Below, in pieces: positions 35,991-43,804 of a stretch of 64,000 nucleotides of DNA. This DNA comes from an uncultured Candidatus Saccharibacteria bacterium. Lineage in GTDB: Bacteria; Patescibacteriota; Minisyncoccia; Phycocordibacterales; UBA12088. Under the pieces are notes generated by a model. The model ran no database searches. It was not told the origin of the DNA and saw only the letters and a list, made by a program, of their open reading frames with translations. A program made the translations under genes and the position numbers. Where the stretch lies: positions 2,112 through 66,111 of the forward strand of contig CAZFRC010000003.1 in NCBI GenBank assembly GCA_964521185.1, in the 5' to 3' direction. The first letter of the stretch is position 1. Each line of letters starts with the position of its first letter.

Positions 35991-37070
35991 ATGGGGCATT
36001 ATGCGCGTTTGTTTGGAATACTGACTGGGATCTTACTTTTTTCCACTGTACAGGTCGGCGTCGTACTGTCTCAAGCATACATTGACGCTTCTTACGGTTC
36101 TTCATATCAAGATTCTTATTCTGGGTTTTCGATAAGCCCTTTTTCATCTGAAAACGGGCAGTTGATTGGTGCGGCTGAAGGGACACTTTTTTCCATATCC
36201 ACCAAACCCTCAAGACCTCGCGGCCTTGAGCCGGTTACTCTGACCCTTGAAGGGCCTCCTTCGGTAATAAAAAATTCGTATATAGATTGGTTTATCAACC
36301 GAACCCTGACCGCAGAGGGATATGGGAAAACCTTCCTGAAGGTCACGGCTCCTCAGGTTGGGGCCAATATGGAAATTGTGGTTCATATTACTGAACAAAA
36401 TGGAACCACGCATGTGAGCTCATACACGATGATACCCTCGGAAGTCGAGCTCCTATGGAGCACGGAAACTTACGTTCCCCCCATGTTCAAAGGAAAGGCT
36501 CTTGCTTCCTACATGGCACCCGTCCGAGTAACGGCAATTCCTTTTATTCCAGAGGAAGACGGGTTGGCGAAACCAGAAACCCTGATGTACCAGTGGAGCG
36601 TAAATGGGCGCGTCCGAAAAGAATCGGGCATCGGCTCGGATCATATTGACATCCTTCCGGGGCTTCGACAGGCGGTTACCGTTGCTGTTGTCGTATCAAA
36701 CCCTCGAAACCGAGGCGTCGCAAGTATGCAAATTAATATTCCTCGGCTTTCCTCTTTTGTCCAGTTTTATGAAGTCGATCCGATCTTTGGGCTACGGCTC
36801 GAACGTACGCTTGGGGCCGCACATTCATTTAGAACCCCGGAAAGCAGCATTGCGGCAGTGCCTTATTACATGGGAACCCCTACGACGGCCGACGCGTTGT
36901 TTGAATGGAGTATTGATGGCCGCACGTTAGACACGGCCATAGGAGACACCCTAACGCTCCGGCCTTTCCAAGAAGAGCGCGTTGGGCAACGCTCAACGGT
37001 GTCGGTTAGGGTAACCAACCAGAATGATTTTATGACGTGGGCAAACAAGTCAATCGTGGTTCAGTATTAA
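35991..37070 (+). CDS. Hypothetical secreted protein (signal peptide), beta-rich
   Basis: N-term MGHYARLFGILTGILLFSTVQVGVVLSQA; no recognised domain. Confidence 0.45.
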   Translation: MGHYARLFGILTGILLFSTVQVGVVLSQAYIDASYGSSYQDSYSGFSISPFSSENGQLIGAAEGTLFSISTKPSRPRGLEPVTLTLEGPPSVIKNSYIDWFINRTLTAEGYGKTFLKVTAPQVGANMEIVVHITEQNGTTHVSSYTMIPSEVELLWSTETYVPPMFKGKALASYMAPVRVTAIPFIPEEDGLAKPETLMYQWSVNGRVRKESGIGSDHIDILPGLRQAVTVAVVVSNPRNRGVASMQINIPRLSSFVQFYEVDPIFGLRLERTLGAAHSFRTPESSIAAVPYYMGTPTTADALFEWSIDGRTLDTAIGDTLTLRPFQEERVGQRSTVSVRVTNQNDFMTWANKSIVVQY

Positions 37071-37637
37071 ATGAATATGAAAATTTTTCAAAATATTCGA
37101 AACCGTAAAAAGAAGATTTCGTTTTTCCTTGGTGTGGCAAACACCCTGATACTCGCAATGCCGTTTGTTGCATTTGGAGAAGCGCCTACCTCATACATAC
37201 ATCTTGTTCCTCTTCCGGGAGTTACTGCAGGGATTATTGAAAATGTGCCGGCGTTTCTGAACCAGCTTGTGGGAATAACGATTGGCGCGGGCTCTATTCT
37301 CGCAGTCATCATGATTGGAGTCGGCGGCATAGAATACATGGCAAGCGACGCGGTTTTCAGCAAAGACGAAGCACGAAAAAGAATGAGCGACGCGGTTATC
37401 GGCTTATTGATACTTCTCGGCTCTTATGTTCTCCTCTACACTATCAATCCCGACATTGTGAATCTGAACATTTTTCGAAACGCGGAACAATTGGATCCGC
37501 TAAATCTGAGCGCCCCTTCTCCGGGAGGGGCTATCCAGCCACGACCATACCAGGCTACCCCCGAAGGACACTGTCTATATGGGGGGGCATACTATGCTGG
37601 TAAATGTATAGATAAATCCTTAATCCCCAATTTATAA
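37071..37637 (+). CDS. Pilin-like (TrbC/VirB2-like) protein: signal peptide plus two hydrophobic helices
   Basis: Starts directly after the preceding stop (TAAATG); signal and hydrophobic segments ISFFLGVANTLILAMPFVAFG and VGITIGAGSILAVIMIGVGGIEYMA; size and topology resemble conjugative or CPR pilin-like proteins. Confidence 0.5.
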   Translation: MNMKIFQNIRNRKKKISFFLGVANTLILAMPFVAFGEAPTSYIHLVPLPGVTAGIIENVPAFLNQLVGITIGAGSILAVIMIGVGGIEYMASDAVFSKDEARKRMSDAVIGLLILLGSYVLLYTINPDIVNLNIFRNAEQLDPLNLSAPSPGGAIQPRPYQATPEGHCLYGGAYYAGKCIDKSLIPNL

Positions 37638-38944
37638 TGAACACTTCTAAGAAAAAAATAATTGCGGGAGCGGGCGCGTTGGGAATCGTGATCATGTTGT
37701 TATTCGCTTATCTTTTTTGGATTCAAGATGCAGAAGAAATAAATGTTGTTGTCGATGGAACGTTCCCTACGAAAGAAGCGCCCGTGAACCCCGACGGCAG
37801 TCCTCGAACGGAAACAGGTTCCGAAGAGTTTTTGCTTCCCGATAACACAGAAATTCCGTTCGAACGAGTACCCCTTATTCAAGTCTCAGAAACTGCGGGA
37901 GCGGGTGCTGGATTTTACACCGACTCCACGGGGCATGAGTTTGTTCGATACGTAGATCGGGAAAATGGGCACATATTCCAGTTCGATCTTAAAACCGAAG
38001 CGCGCCAAAAAATATCTGGAGTGACGCTTCCCGGAGTAATCGAAGCGGTTTGGAACTCAAAAGGTACCGACGTAGCCCTTCGCTACCTTGACGAGACCTT
38101 CATGGTTCGCACGTTTATCGCGTCTTTGTCTCCCAAAAGCGATGGCACGGTTACCATTACTGGCCAATTCCTTCCAGACAGCGTCACTTCTATTGCTCCT
38201 TATTCTGCGAAAAATGTTACCGGGTTCGCCTACACGAGAGTCTTTGGAGGGGGCGCTTCCTTGTTTATACAAGAAGAGAGCGGTGTGGCCAAAGAGGTGT
38301 TTCGTTCTCCGTTTCCGGAATGGATTATAGTCTCTTCTTTGCACGGAGCGATACTGCTTGGGTCACGGGCTTCAACAAAAGAGACTGGCGTAGTGCTCAA
38401 AATTGACGGGGAATCAGGTGGGGTCACGAAAATGGCTTCCGGAGCGCTTGGCATGTCGGCAACAATAGATCCAACCGGAACATGGCTCCTTACTTCTGAG
38501 TATGCTGATGGCTCCATGCGTACATTTGTTCAAAACACACGAGCCCCAATGATTTCGGAGCCCGTTCAAACTTCCATAAACACTTTGGCAGAAAAATGTG
38601 TGTGGGGGGTTAAAAATGCGGCATCGTCAACCCCACGGGTGTTTTGCGCTTCCCCCATTAATTGGAGCGAGGTGGGTGTTGACGTTCCAGACAGCTGGTA
38701 TCGAGGAGAGGTGTCTTTCTCGGACGAGTTTGTCTATTTTGACCCTATAACCAACACTCCCTTTCCCCTTCTGGTGCCAGAACTCGGCATGAACATGCCT
38801 GTTGACGCAGTGCATCCCATAGCAAACCATACAGGAGAATATGTGGTTTTCAAAAATAAACCGGACGGGATCATTTGGGCGCTCCCCGTTCACAAGGCCG
38901 AAGCAGCAGTGAATAAGTTTATAGAGGCGCACGAAGGCGAGTAG
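37637..38944 (+). CDS. Hypothetical membrane-anchored extracytoplasmic protein
   Basis: Start overlaps the previous stop (TAATG); TM helix IIAGAGALGIVIMLLFAYLFW; beta-rich body; last gene of the cluster. Confidence 0.45.
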   Translation: MNTSKKKIIAGAGALGIVIMLLFAYLFWIQDAEEINVVVDGTFPTKEAPVNPDGSPRTETGSEEFLLPDNTEIPFERVPLIQVSETAGAGAGFYTDSTGHEFVRYVDRENGHIFQFDLKTEARQKISGVTLPGVIEAVWNSKGTDVALRYLDETFMVRTFIASLSPKSDGTVTITGQFLPDSVTSIAPYSAKNVTGFAYTRVFGGGASLFIQEESGVAKEVFRSPFPEWIIVSSLHGAILLGSRASTKETGVVLKIDGESGGVTKMASGALGMSATIDPTGTWLLTSEYADGSMRTFVQNTRAPMISEPVQTSINTLAEKCVWGVKNAASSTPRVFCASPINWSEVGVDVPDSWYRGEVSFSDEFVYFDPITNTPFPLLVPELGMNMPVDAVHPIANHTGEYVVFKNKPDGIIWALPVHKAEAAVNKFIEAHEGE

Positions 38945-38952
38945 CTGTTCGC

Positions 38953-39438
38953 CTAAAAAGTAAGTGGCCCTTTAAATTTAAGGACGACCCTACGAAACTT
39001 TCCCTCACCCAAAGACTCGGTTTTGATTTCCGGATCGTCAGTAAAATATGTATGGACGACCATCCTCTCGTAGGGATTCATTGGGGGCATTTCAACATCG
39101 GCACGAAAAACCCGCACCCTCTCCGCAAGCATCTTTGCCGAGTTTTCAATCTCATGAATTTTTCGCTCGTGATACCCGTTTACGTCAACGATACATTCGC
39201 TACCCCCGAACTTTTTTTCAGCAATTTTTTTTATAACATGATTCAGGGCGCGCAGATTTTCTCCACCCTGCCCGATGAGGAGCGCTGAATCGGGGCCTTC
39301 AACCACGACAAACGGATGCGGGATTCGTTCTTTGTACTCAATACGGGTGGTTACGATGCCAAGACGCGCGAGAACATCGGACACAAGTTGGACCGCGTCA
39401 TTTGGACTCATGGGGCTTGTTGCTAGGATTTCGGACAT
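38953..39438 (-). CDS. jag: Jag-like KH/R3H RNA-binding protein
   Basis: KH GxxG (IGQGGENLRALNHV) and R3H (ERMVVHTYFTDD) motifs; position downstream of yidC. Confidence 0.8.
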   Translation of the reverse strand: MSEILATSPMSPNDAVQLVSDVLARLGIVTTRIEYKERIPHPFVVVEGPDSALLIGQGGENLRALNHVIKKIAEKKFGGSECIVDVNGYHERKIHEIENSAKMLAERVRVFRADVEMPPMNPYERMVVHTYFTDDPEIKTESLGEGKFRRVVLKFKGPLTF

Positions 39439-40123
39439 ACCATTCTTGGAGGATTGCCACCATATTACTCGTCACCAAATAGAGTGCAACTGCCGACGAA
39501 ATTGTGTAAGCAACGATTCCCACGATGAGGGGGAGAACGTACCTCGCTTGAATATGCATGCTCCGCGCAAATTCTTCGGCAAATCCCGCCTCTGCTGTGC
39601 GGGGAGGGGATTCCGGCATAGCAAAATATGCCTGCACGAACTGACTCCCTCCGGCAAACAGAGAGAGAAAGAGACTTCTGCCTGCCATGTCAATTCCAAG
39701 AAACATCATGGACACGTTCTCTGGAACAGAAATAAATGAATACAACAAATCTTCATTGATCGTGGGAAGTCCTCCTTTGAAAAACACGAAATAGAGAGCG
39801 AAGAATATGGGGAGCTGTGCTAACAAAACGAGAATGCTTGCAAAGGGATTAATCTTGTTGGTCCGATAAAGCTCCATGATGTGGCGCGCCTGTTCTTCAC
39901 GTTTCGGATATTTCTTTTTGATCGCCGATACTTCGGGCTCAATTTTTTTCATTTCTATTTGGGTTTTCGATGCCCTAACAGAAAGAGGCAAGAGAAGCAC
40001 CTTGACTCCGATGGTAAGAATAACCACCGCAAATCCAACGCTTCCTCCAGGAACAATGTCAATTAGCCCGATGAGGGCATTATAGAGAGGAACATAAAAA
40101 AGGGTCCTGAATATTTCTATCAT
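39398..40123 (-). CDS. yidC: Membrane protein insertase YidC/Oxa1 (short form)
   Basis: 241 aa, multi-TM; conserved YidC core (PLYNALIGL...PLSVRASK...MKKIEPEV..IKKKY); between rnpA and jag. Confidence 0.85.
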   Translation of the reverse strand: MIEIFRTLFYVPLYNALIGLIDIVPGGSVGFAVVILTIGVKVLLLPLSVRASKTQIEMKKIEPEVSAIKKKYPKREEQARHIMELYRTNKINPFASILVLLAQLPIFFALYFVFFKGGLPTINEDLLYSFISVPENVSMMFLGIDMAGRSLFLSLFAGGSQFVQAYFAMPESPPRTAEAGFAEEFARSMHIQARYVLPLIVGIVAYTISSAVALYLVTSNMVAILQEWYVRNPSNKPHESK

Positions 40124-40482
40124 TGACCCATTCTACGAGGCTGTGCCTTCGTGAGCAAATGGAGAGCTTTTTGGATTGCTTCGCGCGCGTCCATCACAAG
40201 ATCTTCAAATGATATTGAGTCTGTTTCTTTAGATCGCACAATTACAAATGCCTGAGGGGAAAAATCGTCAGGCATTGCCCTACGAAAAGCCGCTGCCATT
40301 CGTCTTCGGATGGCGTTTCGACGTGTTGCTTTCGTTTCTATCTTTTTTGAGACACTGCAAGAAACGCGCGGATTTCCTTCGTTTTTTGCAAAGAGTACCG
40401 TAACGTGCGGAGTAGTCACCCGAACTCCCGAATTAATCAATCTGCTAATGTCCTCCCTTGAAAGCCTCTTGCGTTTGGGCAT
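40120..40482 (-). CDS. rnpA: Ribonuclease P protein component
   Basis: VSCSVSKKIETKATRRNAIRRRMAAAFR RNR motif; 120 aa; overlaps the yidC start by 4 nt. Confidence 0.85.
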   Translation of the reverse strand: MPKRKRLSREDISRLINSGVRVTTPHVTVLFAKNEGNPRVSCSVSKKIETKATRRNAIRRRMAAAFRRAMPDDFSPQAFVIVRSKETDSISFEDLVMDAREAIQKALHLLTKAQPRRMGQ

Positions 40483-40494
40483 TTATATAGACGT

Positions 40495-40632
40495 TTATAC
40501 GGAAAGGCGCGATCGTCCTTTCCGACGTCGGCGAACGAGCACCCTCTTCCCTGCGGGGGTTCTTGACCGAACTCGAAATCCGTGTGTAGTATTCCTTTTT
40601 TTCTTTTTTGGTTGGTAGATGCGTTTTGGCAT
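40495..40632 (-). CDS. rpmH: 50S ribosomal protein L34
   Basis: Hand translation of the minus strand gives [45 protein letters not shown], the L34 consensus. It is absent from the ORF track because it is under 60 aa; the 83-aa track ORF is in another frame. Confidence 0.85.
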   Translation of the reverse strand: MPKRIYQPKKKKRNTTHGFRVRSRTPAGKRVLVRRRRKGRSRLSV

Positions 40633-40728
40633 ATAAGAAATGTACCAGAATCAATTCCAAGTGTCTACTAAACGCGCCCATCAACAAGTAATACACAGCA
40701 TGTGAACATATAGAATCGTTTTCGGGAA

Positions 40729-42117
40729 GTGTCGAGTTTGTTTATGAAAGATATAATTGTCGGAATGGAAGCGATTGACACCAGACAATTATGGGAAAAT
40801 GTATTGGTTGATATCGAACTATCGATTCCGCGCGCAACGTTTAACACCTGGTTTCGCGGAACTCGCATCGTCCGCTACGAGGAGGGGACGGTATACGTGG
40901 GAGTGCCGAACAATCTTGCGCGCGACTGGTTTAAGGATAAATACCATAAACTTATTCTCCGCGCGCTGCGAACACTTGCCGAAGACGTCCGTTCTGTTGA
41001 ATATATCATCGCAAAACAGGAATCCAGCCGCGAACACGCCGAACGCATCATACGGAAAACTCCCACAAACGAGCTGCCGTTTCAAGAGCTTTATATTGAT
41101 CGTAGAGATCATTTGAACCCCCGGTACACGTTTGAAACTCTCGTGGTGGGGCCTTTTAACGAACTTGCACACGCGGCCGCCCAAGCAATCGTGAAAAGCC
41201 CCGCAATCACCTATAACCCCCTCTATATCTATGGAAATACCGGATATGGAAAAACTCATCTGGCACAGGCTGTAGGAAATCAGATTAAAAAAATTAGTCC
41301 AGGGAAAAAAATTTATTACGTCACTTCAGAAAAGTTCACTATCGACGTATTAAACGGCATACAAACCAACTCTATGCCAAACTTTAAAGACCGCTACCGA
41401 CAGTATGACGTTCTGATTATGGACGACGTACAGTTTGTTTCAGGAAAAGAAAAAACCCAAGAAGAGCTTTTTCATCTTTTTAACGTACTCTATGACAATA
41501 ATAAACAGATTATCTTTACCTCTGACAAACATCCTGGATATCTTCAAAATATCGAAGAGCGCCTGAAATCCCGCTTTAAACAAGGAATGGTGGTTGATAT
41601 TTCAGATCCGGATTTTGAATCCCGCCTTGCAATTATTATGACCAAAGCCGCTGCAAATAATTTTACCCTAACCCCCGAAATTGCCGAACACTTGGCAAGA
41701 TCTATCGACGGAAATATTCGGGAACTTGAGGGTGCATTAAATGCGGTGATGCTCCAGTCTCAGATACACGATCGAACACTCACCATTGCAGACGTTCGAA
41801 ATCTTATAAAAGATAGTGGAAAAACCAAAAAAACAATCTCAACCAAGGAAATAGTTAAGAAAGTTGCCGAATTTTACAATATTGAAGAACAAATCATTTA
41901 CGACAAGACACGAAAAAAAGAAGTGGTGCGTCCACGACAAATCATTATGTTTATTTTGAGAGAGGATTTTCGTGAATCTTTCCCTTCGATTGGAGAAAAG
42001 CTTGGAGGTCGCGACCATACTACCGTTATCCATTCCTGTGAAAAGATTAGAGGGGATATTCAAACCGATTCCCTTCTTCTCCAGGAAATTAACCAGATCC
42101 GTGCGATGCTTAAGTAG
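40729..42117 (+). CDS. dnaA: Chromosomal replication initiator DnaA
   Basis: Domain I ...LWENVLVDIELSIPRATFNTWF; AAA+ Walker A GNTGYGKTHLAQA; box VII; C-terminal HTH HTTVIHSC. The track begins with GTG 40729; canonical N-termini suggest ATG 40744 or 40765. Confidence 0.93.
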   Translation: MSSLFMKDIIVGMEAIDTRQLWENVLVDIELSIPRATFNTWFRGTRIVRYEEGTVYVGVPNNLARDWFKDKYHKLILRALRTLAEDVRSVEYIIAKQESSREHAERIIRKTPTNELPFQELYIDRRDHLNPRYTFETLVVGPFNELAHAAAQAIVKSPAITYNPLYIYGNTGYGKTHLAQAVGNQIKKISPGKKIYYVTSEKFTIDVLNGIQTNSMPNFKDRYRQYDVLIMDDVQFVSGKEKTQEELFHLFNVLYDNNKQIIFTSDKHPGYLQNIEERLKSRFKQGMVVDISDPDFESRLAIIMTKAAANNFTLTPEIAEHLARSIDGNIRELEGALNAVMLQSQIHDRTLTIADVRNLIKDSGKTKKTISTKEIVKKVAEFYNIEEQIIYDKTRKKEVVRPRQIIMFILREDFRESFPSIGEKLGGRDHTTVIHSCEKIRGDIQTDSLLLQEINQIRAMLK

Positions 42118-42394
42118 GGTTCCTCGGTAGGAAGTAAGAAAGCGTGCGAAGTATGTGTGAATATTCCGTGTATAACTTGAAAACTTTTCTGGAAATTTAT
42201 TGTTTTCAAGCCATTCAACCCCAATACCATAACGGCTCTCATTTAGAAATGGGCATTTTCTCCCCAGCTTCTCCGATTTCGATGGATAAAAATACTTTGA
42301 AAAATATAGCGCCCAGGGGTTTGTCCCCATATCCACACTAATAATAGTAATAGTAAAGTATCTTTCCTTTTAAATAATAAGTACTGTTATACCC
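42118..42394. promoter_or_regulatory. Candidate oriC (dnaA-dnaN spacer): DnaA-box-like sites and an AT-rich unwinding element
   Basis: aTATCCACA at 42329-42337 (one mismatch to TTATCCACA); degenerate boxes gaTGGATAA (42282-42290) and TGTGtGAat (42154-42162); an AT-rich run at 42338-42390 precedes dnaN. Confidence 0.5.
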
Positions 42395-43495
42395 ATGAAG
42401 TTTGAAGCTTCCAAACCCGCCTTATTAGACGCAGTAGCAACCGCCGAAAGAGCCAGTGGGAAAAACTTGCCTCTTGCTGTTCTAAACGACGTGGTTGTGT
42501 CTGCTCAAGAGGGGAAGATATTCGTTCGCGCGACCAATCTTGATCTTGCAATAGAAATACAGGTTCCAGGCAAAATACTGCGAGAAGGGGATGTGGCGGT
42601 GCCGGGGGCAATATTTCGCGACACCATAGCCGCTTCTAGAGAAGATTCAGTGATTAAGGTTGAGTCTGATGATCGGTTTCTTTCAGTTACCATGAGGGGA
42701 GGTAGTGCTCGTATTGCCGCTCGTCCAACAGATGATTTTCCTAATTTCCCAAATTTAGAAAAAGCCCCTATGGTTTCCATTCCCGCTAATGATTTAGTGA
42801 AGGGATTTCGTTCGGTCGCTTTTAGCTCCTCGGTTTCAACGATACGGCCAGAACTTGGAACCGTTGCGATTTTTCCAGGGTCTGGATCTTTGGTATTTGT
42901 TGCAACAGATTCATTTCGTTTGGCAGAAAAAACCATTCAATTAGAGCGGCCCCCTAAAATTGACCCTTTTCTCGTTCCTATTCGCAATGTAACTGAAATT
43001 ATACGCGCTCTTGAGGGTCTTGAGGGTAATGTTGAGTTTCGATATGCAGAACATCACGCATGTATTTCCCATGGATCACTGGCAATCGCAACGAGACTTG
43101 TTGACGGTAATTTTCCGGATTATAAACAGATTATTCCGAAAGATCATCAGACGACAATTACAGCTCTGTCAGGTGATGTTCTCCACACACTTAAAACGGC
43201 GGGTATTTTTTCGGACAAACTTGCTCACATTCGGTTATCTCTTAAAAAAGGGGGAGATACTTTAATGGTGAGTGCCCAGACTCCCGAAAGAGGGGAAATT
43301 ACCGCAAGTCTTCCGGCAAAAATAAGCGGGGAGTCAATCGAAATAAGTTTCAATCAAAAATATCTACTAGACGCATTTCAATCCATTCATACAGACTCAA
43401 TTACGCTTAAACTACACGGTCCCGGACGTCCGGTGATTGTTGAGGGTGTGGGAGACATGACATTTCTCTATCTGGTAATGCCGATGAATCGATAA
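42395..43495 (+). CDS. dnaN: DNA polymerase III beta sliding clamp
   Basis: 366 aa; three-domain clamp pattern; conserved termini MKFEASKPALLDAVATAER and ...LYLVMPMNR. Confidence 0.9.
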   Translation: MKFEASKPALLDAVATAERASGKNLPLAVLNDVVVSAQEGKIFVRATNLDLAIEIQVPGKILREGDVAVPGAIFRDTIAASREDSVIKVESDDRFLSVTMRGGSARIAARPTDDFPNFPNLEKAPMVSIPANDLVKGFRSVAFSSSVSTIRPELGTVAIFPGSGSLVFVATDSFRLAEKTIQLERPPKIDPFLVPIRNVTEIIRALEGLEGNVEFRYAEHHACISHGSLAIATRLVDGNFPDYKQIIPKDHQTTITALSGDVLHTLKTAGIFSDKLAHIRLSLKKGGDTLMVSAQTPERGEITASLPAKISGESIEISFNQKYLLDAFQSIHTDSITLKLHGPGRPVIVEGVGDMTFLYLVMPMNR

Positions 43496-43500
43496 TAACC

Positions 43501-43764
43501 ATGTTTCAAAATTTGAGCGGGTATCTTGCACGATTTAAAACAATCTTCCAGACGCCGAATCTTTTGAAGCACGAAGTTATTTTAGCCATTCAAGAACACA
43601 CCGCACTGGAGTTTTTGCCGTCAGAAATAAAAATAGATCGAGGGATCATTCGAGTTACAAGTTCTCCTGCTGCAAGAAGCGAAGTTATACTCAAAAAAGG
43701 GGCGATTTTAAGATCTCTACGAGATCGAGGCATTTCAAAAGATATAGCCCGGGATATTCTCTAA
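43501..43764 (+). CDS. DUF721-like small protein (possible DciA-like) downstream of dnaN
   Basis: 87 aa; IRVTSSPAARSEVILKKGAILRSL resembles the DUF721 core pattern; position after dnaN is typical for this family. Confidence 0.4.
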   Translation: MFQNLSGYLARFKTIFQTPNLLKHEVILAIQEHTALEFLPSEIKIDRGIIRVTSSPAARSEVILKKGAILRSLRDRGISKDIARDIL

Positions 43765-43804
43765 TCCAATTATAGAACCCTAGGACTTTTCTAAAGTTAT
43801 TTTT

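Noticed and set aside
40445-40696. 83-aa minus-strand ORF upstream of rnpA
   Set aside because: It is in the wrong frame. The real gene there is rpmH (L34, 45 aa) at 40495-40632, read in another frame on the same strand.
40633-40728. DnaA boxes upstream of dnaA
   Set aside because: The best match, TGTGAACAT, has three mismatches. The dnaA-dnaN spacer is the better oriC candidate.
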